DNA from: Candidatus Altimarinota bacterium
Lineage (GTDB): Bacteria > Patescibacteriota > Gracilibacteria > UBA4473
DNA length: 64,000 nt
Direction: 5' to 3'
NCBI GenBank assembly: GCA_965231215.1
Contig: OZ246423.1
Location: forward strand, 992,001-1,056,000
The notes beneath the pieces were generated by a model. The model saw only the letters and a program-made list of their open reading frames with translations, ran no database searches and was not told the DNA's origin. Position numbers and translations under genes: made by a program. Below, piece after piece: positions 59,912 to 64,000 of this stretch (the first letter of the stretch is position 1; each line of letters begins with the position of its first letter).

Positions 59912-62854
59912 CTAGTTATTGCTATCAAAATTTTGATTGGCAGCGATTAATGCTGCTACTTTTTTTTGCACTGGCCCGTAGAGTGGATTATCTGTAGCGG
60001 CCTTGTTTTCTGGATTAGCCGTAAGAAATATCCCTAAATGATCTGGCTGGGTGTTTGGAATAGTGAATTTTTTATCCAATCCTCTTTCTGTTGAATCTTT
60101 ATACCAAACTGCCACATTACGTTGATCTTTAGTATCGTGTAATCGTGGAGGGGTAATCCGAATAACCTGAGTTTCAGTATGGTACCAGAAGGCTCCCTCT
60201 GCATCTTTTTTGACATATAGAGCCTCTTTCATTACTTCCGGATTAGTAAGGCTCTGAACGGTTAAAAACGGTTGGTAGTCTGCACGAGCAAACATAATAT
60301 TTTGTACCCCCACATAGGCACATTTATCCATATTTTCAAACTGTTGTACGACTTGATTTCCAATAAGAGATTGAGCGGTTTTTATAATATCGGCACTTCC
60401 GTTAGTGAAGAGTTCGTTTCGAGCTAAAACATCGAAACTTGGTTTTTTATCATCATCAAGCAGATTAGCTACTGCATTGGGGTTATTAAGGCCTAGCTCT
60501 TTCAAACGCCGATCAATGGTTCTTTCTGAGATTGCGGCTAAACGTTTAATATTTGAGCTAATATTTCCTGGTAAATTGGGGAAGGTAAAATTTTTGATTT
60601 TTTCTACTTTACCAATAGCTCCACCATCTTCTCCACTATTCAAGAACTGAGTTAATCTTTCTAAATCTTTTCTAATAGCTGTCCAAGGAGCCTCTAATCC
60701 ACCACCTCCAGTACCAATGGCTCCCTCTGAAGATCCATCAGCTGTCGTAGCAGGGGTGTTCCCACTTCCGCCCATACCACCAAATACAGCAGTATTACCG
60801 AATCCTGATTCTCCTTTTCGAGTAATTTCCTTTAATAATACATCTTTTTCTTGATATTCTTTTTCACGTGCTTCAACCCACTTAGGATCTTGATCAATAA
60901 AAGCCTCTAGATTTTTTCTGTCTTCTACTAATTTTGGATAAACTTCTTGTATATAATTTATCTTTGGGTAGAGATTGATGATATTGCTCAGCAAGCTGGC
61001 TTCATATTCAGGAACATCTTTTAGAAGTACATCAATATCAATATCTCCAAAGTTACCATCTTGGTTTGGCTTTGCTCCTAATAACTTAAAAAATAGTCGA
61101 AAGTTATCTAAGAGTGTAGGGAAAATTCTTAAAGCTTCTTGAGCTCCACCTTTTTCAGTAGAAATTAGTTTTTCGCCTAAATTAGGTAACTCATTTGCAA
61201 AATTACCTAGGCTTTGTGCTACTAATTTCCCTTGGTTTAGGGCTTCAGCTCGCCAAACAAGACTGCTTTTTTCTTCAATTCCTCCAGAGATAGCAGATTT
61301 TTCTAATTCAGTTCGTTTCAAAATCATAAATTGAGCGAGCTTTCCTTGTAGTTTTGGAGGAAGCCGTCTTAAGGCACTTAGGGTCCGGTCTTTTCCTAAG
61401 AAATCAATAATGTGCCAGAATAGTTCTAAAGGACTGAGATAGATATCTCCATTTTGAATTTGGGACTGTATATCTTGTAGTTTACCTGGAACGGCTGATC
61501 CAAGAGCCGTAAGAATTTCATCATTTAGAGCGCTTGGGTTTTGGGTATTAGCGGTGAAGTCTTTGTCTGGTTCGTACTGCTCTAAGAGGTAGATTTCTAC
61601 TTGCTGAAAACTGGTATCCTTAAATCCCTGCAGAGCTTTGGCACGAGTATCTAAACCTTTTAGATTCCTAAGAGTATTGTAGTGGTTTAACTGCCAGTGA
61701 TTTACGGTAATGGCTGAATCTAAGAAATTTTGGCTATCTATCTTACTAGTCAAAAATTCCATATTTGGAGCTCTCAAAGCTTCAAGTACATCTAATGGAT
61801 TAAAGCTTCCTCCAAAAATATCCTTTGGCTCAATACCATTAATAGTAAAATTTGAATCGGAAGGATTTTTACTGAATTCATCTGGTTTATTGATAATGAG
61901 TTGGATTACCCTTCGACCGGCATCAAGTTCTTTCGTATTAGCACTTCCTTCAGGTTGCCTAGGAATCAAAAATTGATCTATAGCTTGTTGAATTCCAAAG
62001 ACAGATTCCTCTTTTGACTGTTTTAGGCTGCGTATATTTGACCTGATTTCATCATATCCTTCTTTGTATCTAGACTTGGCCCAGGCAACTCTTTTCCGGT
62101 AAAGAAGGTTTTGAGCAAAACCTTTACGCAGAGCTCTTTTCCACCATACAGCTCCAGTTTCTTCATCTCTTTCACCAGTCAGAATATTATATCCAGATTT
62201 CGCGTAAAATTCAGCAGCACGAGCTTCATTAATTTGATTGATTGTCTCAAAGGCTTCATCATTTACCGATTCTAAAATCTGTAGGCTTGTAAGAGACATG
62301 TTATCTAGGTTTCCTCGACTACTCTTAATTCCCTTAAGAGACTCTTCAATTTGGTTGCTTTTGACCAAAGATTTAGCCATTTTAATACTGAGAAGAGGGG
62401 AGTCCCCCAATAAATCTGCAGGATCTCCAAGAGACTTAAAGCCTTCTTTTAGTTGTGTTGTGATCACGCTGGCCGGAGTAAATCCCGCAGGAGCCGCAAA
62501 GAATGGATTCAGAAGATAAAGGTTAGTATAGCCTTTAAATTCTGGTGGTACAAAAATTCTGGACAAAAAGCTCCCCCCAAGATTAGCATTAATGGCTCCT
62601 TCAGACCCTTGAGTTACGATTTCGCTAACTCGGTTATTAAAGTTTTTAACTGTATCTGGAGCATTGATTCCTGTACCGGCTTCTTGATTTGTTTGTAGTA
62701 CTGGTGTGTCGTTATCGTTAGCCGCTCTAAGATCTAAACTTCCCAGCAATCTATTTCCTCCATTGGCTTCACTATCTTCCTGAGGCATAGCGCTATAGTT
62801 CACCCTCCGCTGATTTGCGGTTGATGTAGCGTTAAATTTTTGGAGGAATTTCAT
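59912..62854 (-). CDS. Large (980 aa) helical hypothetical protein
   Basis: Long uninterrupted ORF; Gly-rich linker near residue 700; TTGACT-16-TATAAA upstream. Confidence 0.85.
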   Translation of the reverse strand: MKFLQKFNATSTANQRRVNYSAMPQEDSEANGGNRLLGSLDLRAANDNDTPVLQTNQEAGTGINAPDTVKNFNNRVSEIVTQGSEGAINANLGGSFLSRIFVPPEFKGYTNLYLLNPFFAAPAGFTPASVITTQLKEGFKSLGDPADLLGDSPLLSIKMAKSLVKSNQIEESLKGIKSSRGNLDNMSLTSLQILESVNDEAFETINQINEARAAEFYAKSGYNILTGERDEETGAVWWKRALRKGFAQNLLYRKRVAWAKSRYKEGYDEIRSNIRSLKQSKEESVFGIQQAIDQFLIPRQPEGSANTKELDAGRRVIQLIINKPDEFSKNPSDSNFTINGIEPKDIFGGSFNPLDVLEALRAPNMEFLTSKIDSQNFLDSAITVNHWQLNHYNTLRNLKGLDTRAKALQGFKDTSFQQVEIYLLEQYEPDKDFTANTQNPSALNDEILTALGSAVPGKLQDIQSQIQNGDIYLSPLELFWHIIDFLGKDRTLSALRRLPPKLQGKLAQFMILKRTELEKSAISGGIEEKSSLVWRAEALNQGKLVAQSLGNFANELPNLGEKLISTEKGGAQEALRIFPTLLDNFRLFFKLLGAKPNQDGNFGDIDIDVLLKDVPEYEASLLSNIINLYPKINYIQEVYPKLVEDRKNLEAFIDQDPKWVEAREKEYQEKDVLLKEITRKGESGFGNTAVFGGMGGSGNTPATTADGSSEGAIGTGGGGLEAPWTAIRKDLERLTQFLNSGEDGGAIGKVEKIKNFTFPNLPGNISSNIKRLAAISERTIDRRLKELGLNNPNAVANLLDDDKKPSFDVLARNELFTNGSADIIKTAQSLIGNQVVQQFENMDKCAYVGVQNIMFARADYQPFLTVQSLTNPEVMKEALYVKKDAEGAFWYHTETQVIRITPPRLHDTKDQRNVAVWYKDSTERGLDKKFTIPNTQPDHLGIFLTANPENKAATDNPLYGPVQKKVAALIAANQNFDSNN

Positions 62855-62891
62855 GCGATGTTTATAAAACTTTTTCTAGAAAAGTCAATTA

Positions 62892-63314
62892 CTAAACTAG
62901 TGAAGCTTTTATTCGCGCAATTTCATCAGCTTCTTGCTTGTTTTCTGCATTTTCTTCTACTTTTGATTCGGCTAGTTCTGCGGTATTTACTTGGTCTTTA
63001 AAGTCTTGAACGAGGCTATTAAACCAACTAGTAATATTTTCTACAATACGCCCAGTAATAGAACCTTGTGGTGATTTTTGTACAGTCATTGCAGCATCAA
63101 AGAGGTCAGTTTTTTCCTTCAGTACAGCGGCTATTTTAGCATCACGAGCCTCAAGCTTTGAAAGGGTTTCATCCAAAAATTGAGCGGCCTTTTCATCAAT
63201 GCCTCCGACTTCTTTAACATGAGCAAAAAAGTCTCGACGTACTTGTAGAGGGATGGTGTCTTGAGATGAGAACCATCGGAGAAATTGTTCGAGTTCGGCA
63301 GTATTTTGTGTCAT
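62892..63314 (-). CDS. Small helical hypothetical protein
   Basis: 140-aa ORF; its start overlaps the upstream stop (TAATG). Confidence 0.8.
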   Translation of the reverse strand: MTQNTAELEQFLRWFSSQDTIPLQVRRDFFAHVKEVGGIDEKAAQFLDETLSKLEARDAKIAAVLKEKTDLFDAAMTVQKSPQGSITGRIVENITSWFNSLVQDFKDQVNTAELAESKVEENAENKQEADEIARIKASLV

Positions 63315-64000
63315 TAGGCAGCGACTATAGAAATAGGAGATCCCACAAAGTTGTATTTATTTCCTGGGTCATAGTGCTCAGGAACTCCTTCTGTTAGAAT
63401 ATTATTGGTTGGAGCATCCATACCAATAACTTCTATTCTTTCATTACGCTGTTGGATGAAGATAAGCTCTCTTCCAGTAGGAGAACTTAAGATCACTCCA
63501 GTATCTGTTTTCTCAATGATAACAAGGTCATTAATTGATCTAAAATTAGTTCGATTGATCATATCATCAGAAGTAGGAGGGTTTCCGTGTTGAAATTCTT
63601 GAAATTCAATGTCGATACTACTTCCAATTACTTTTTGTTTAAGAATTTTAAGTTGTTTATCTCTATTGGCTTCCATAGCTTCTTCAATATGTTTGTTATC
63701 GACTATATTTGATTGATCTTTGAGATAATGTAAAAATTTAGCAGAGCCACCTCGTGCTGGAGGAGCTGCATGTTTTGCCACATTATCACTTACTTGTTTA
63801 GTGTCTAACTCTAGGTTTTTTAGATCTTTGGCTTTTACTCGGTCTACTTCTAGTTTCCCTTTAGTTAAAACTTCCGCAGTTCTTAATTGGCTCATAGCTT
63901 CTTCAAATTCTTTGATTCTTGCTTCTGCTCTTTCGATAGCTTTCCCATTAGTTAGATGAGATGTAAGGGCTCCTCCACCAGCTGCCGCAGCAGGTGTAGA
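63314..64000 (-). CDS. Hypothetical protein, 5' end beyond the window
   Basis: The 63314-63895 frame stays open to 64000 (STPAAAAGGGALTSHLTNGKAIERAEARIKEFEEA-MSQLR). Confidence 0.8.
   Translation of the reverse strand, partial: STPAAAAGGGALTSHLTNGKAIERAEARIKEFEEAMSQLRTAEVLTKGKLEVDRVKAKDLKNLELDTKQVSDNVAKHAAPPARGGSAKFLHYLKDQSNIVDNKHIEEAMEANRDKQLKILKQKVIGSSIDIEFQEFQHGNPPTSDDMINRTNFRSINDLVIIEKTDTGVILSSPTGRELIFIQQRNERIEVIGMDAPTNNILTEGVPEHYDPGNKYNFVGSPISIVAA

Overview
A gene-dense, AT-rich bacterial chromosomal segment in the standard genetic code (TGA is used as a stop). The abundance of SLH and secreted hypothetical proteins, the near-absence of Shine-Dalgarno sites and the orphan content suggest a Patescibacteria/CPR organism of the Gracilibacteria-Peregrinibacteria type; this is inference only. 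Housekeeping genes: msrB, ilvD, radC, an RsmF-like methyltransferase, rsmA, lgt, dgt, a TyrA-PheA fusion, an AroK-PurN fusion, ahcY, rpmA, uppS, a MEP isoprenoid cluster (ispH, ispG, dxr, ispDF, ispE; no dxs), dnaN, mfd, and a probably Na+-type V/A-ATPase operon that stops after subunit F. I saw no rRNA, tRNA or CRISPR array. Best leads: (1) an unannotated 33-aa leader ORF, MTDEPDP..., resembling the Mg2+-sensing MgtL N-terminus and joined by an ATGA overlap to a CNNM/CorB-type transporter; (2) a five-gene cluster of secreted proteins with Arg/Tyr-rich or basic tails, including a 1164-aa protein with nested AAA-BBB flagellin-IN-like half-repeats; (3) a thioredoxin-reductase homologue with its CxxC replaced by SATQ; (4) a lipoprotein with IGFBP-like, Kazal and Kunitz modules; (5) a shared tandem repeat and MITE/REP-like inserts inside the split ATPase operon.
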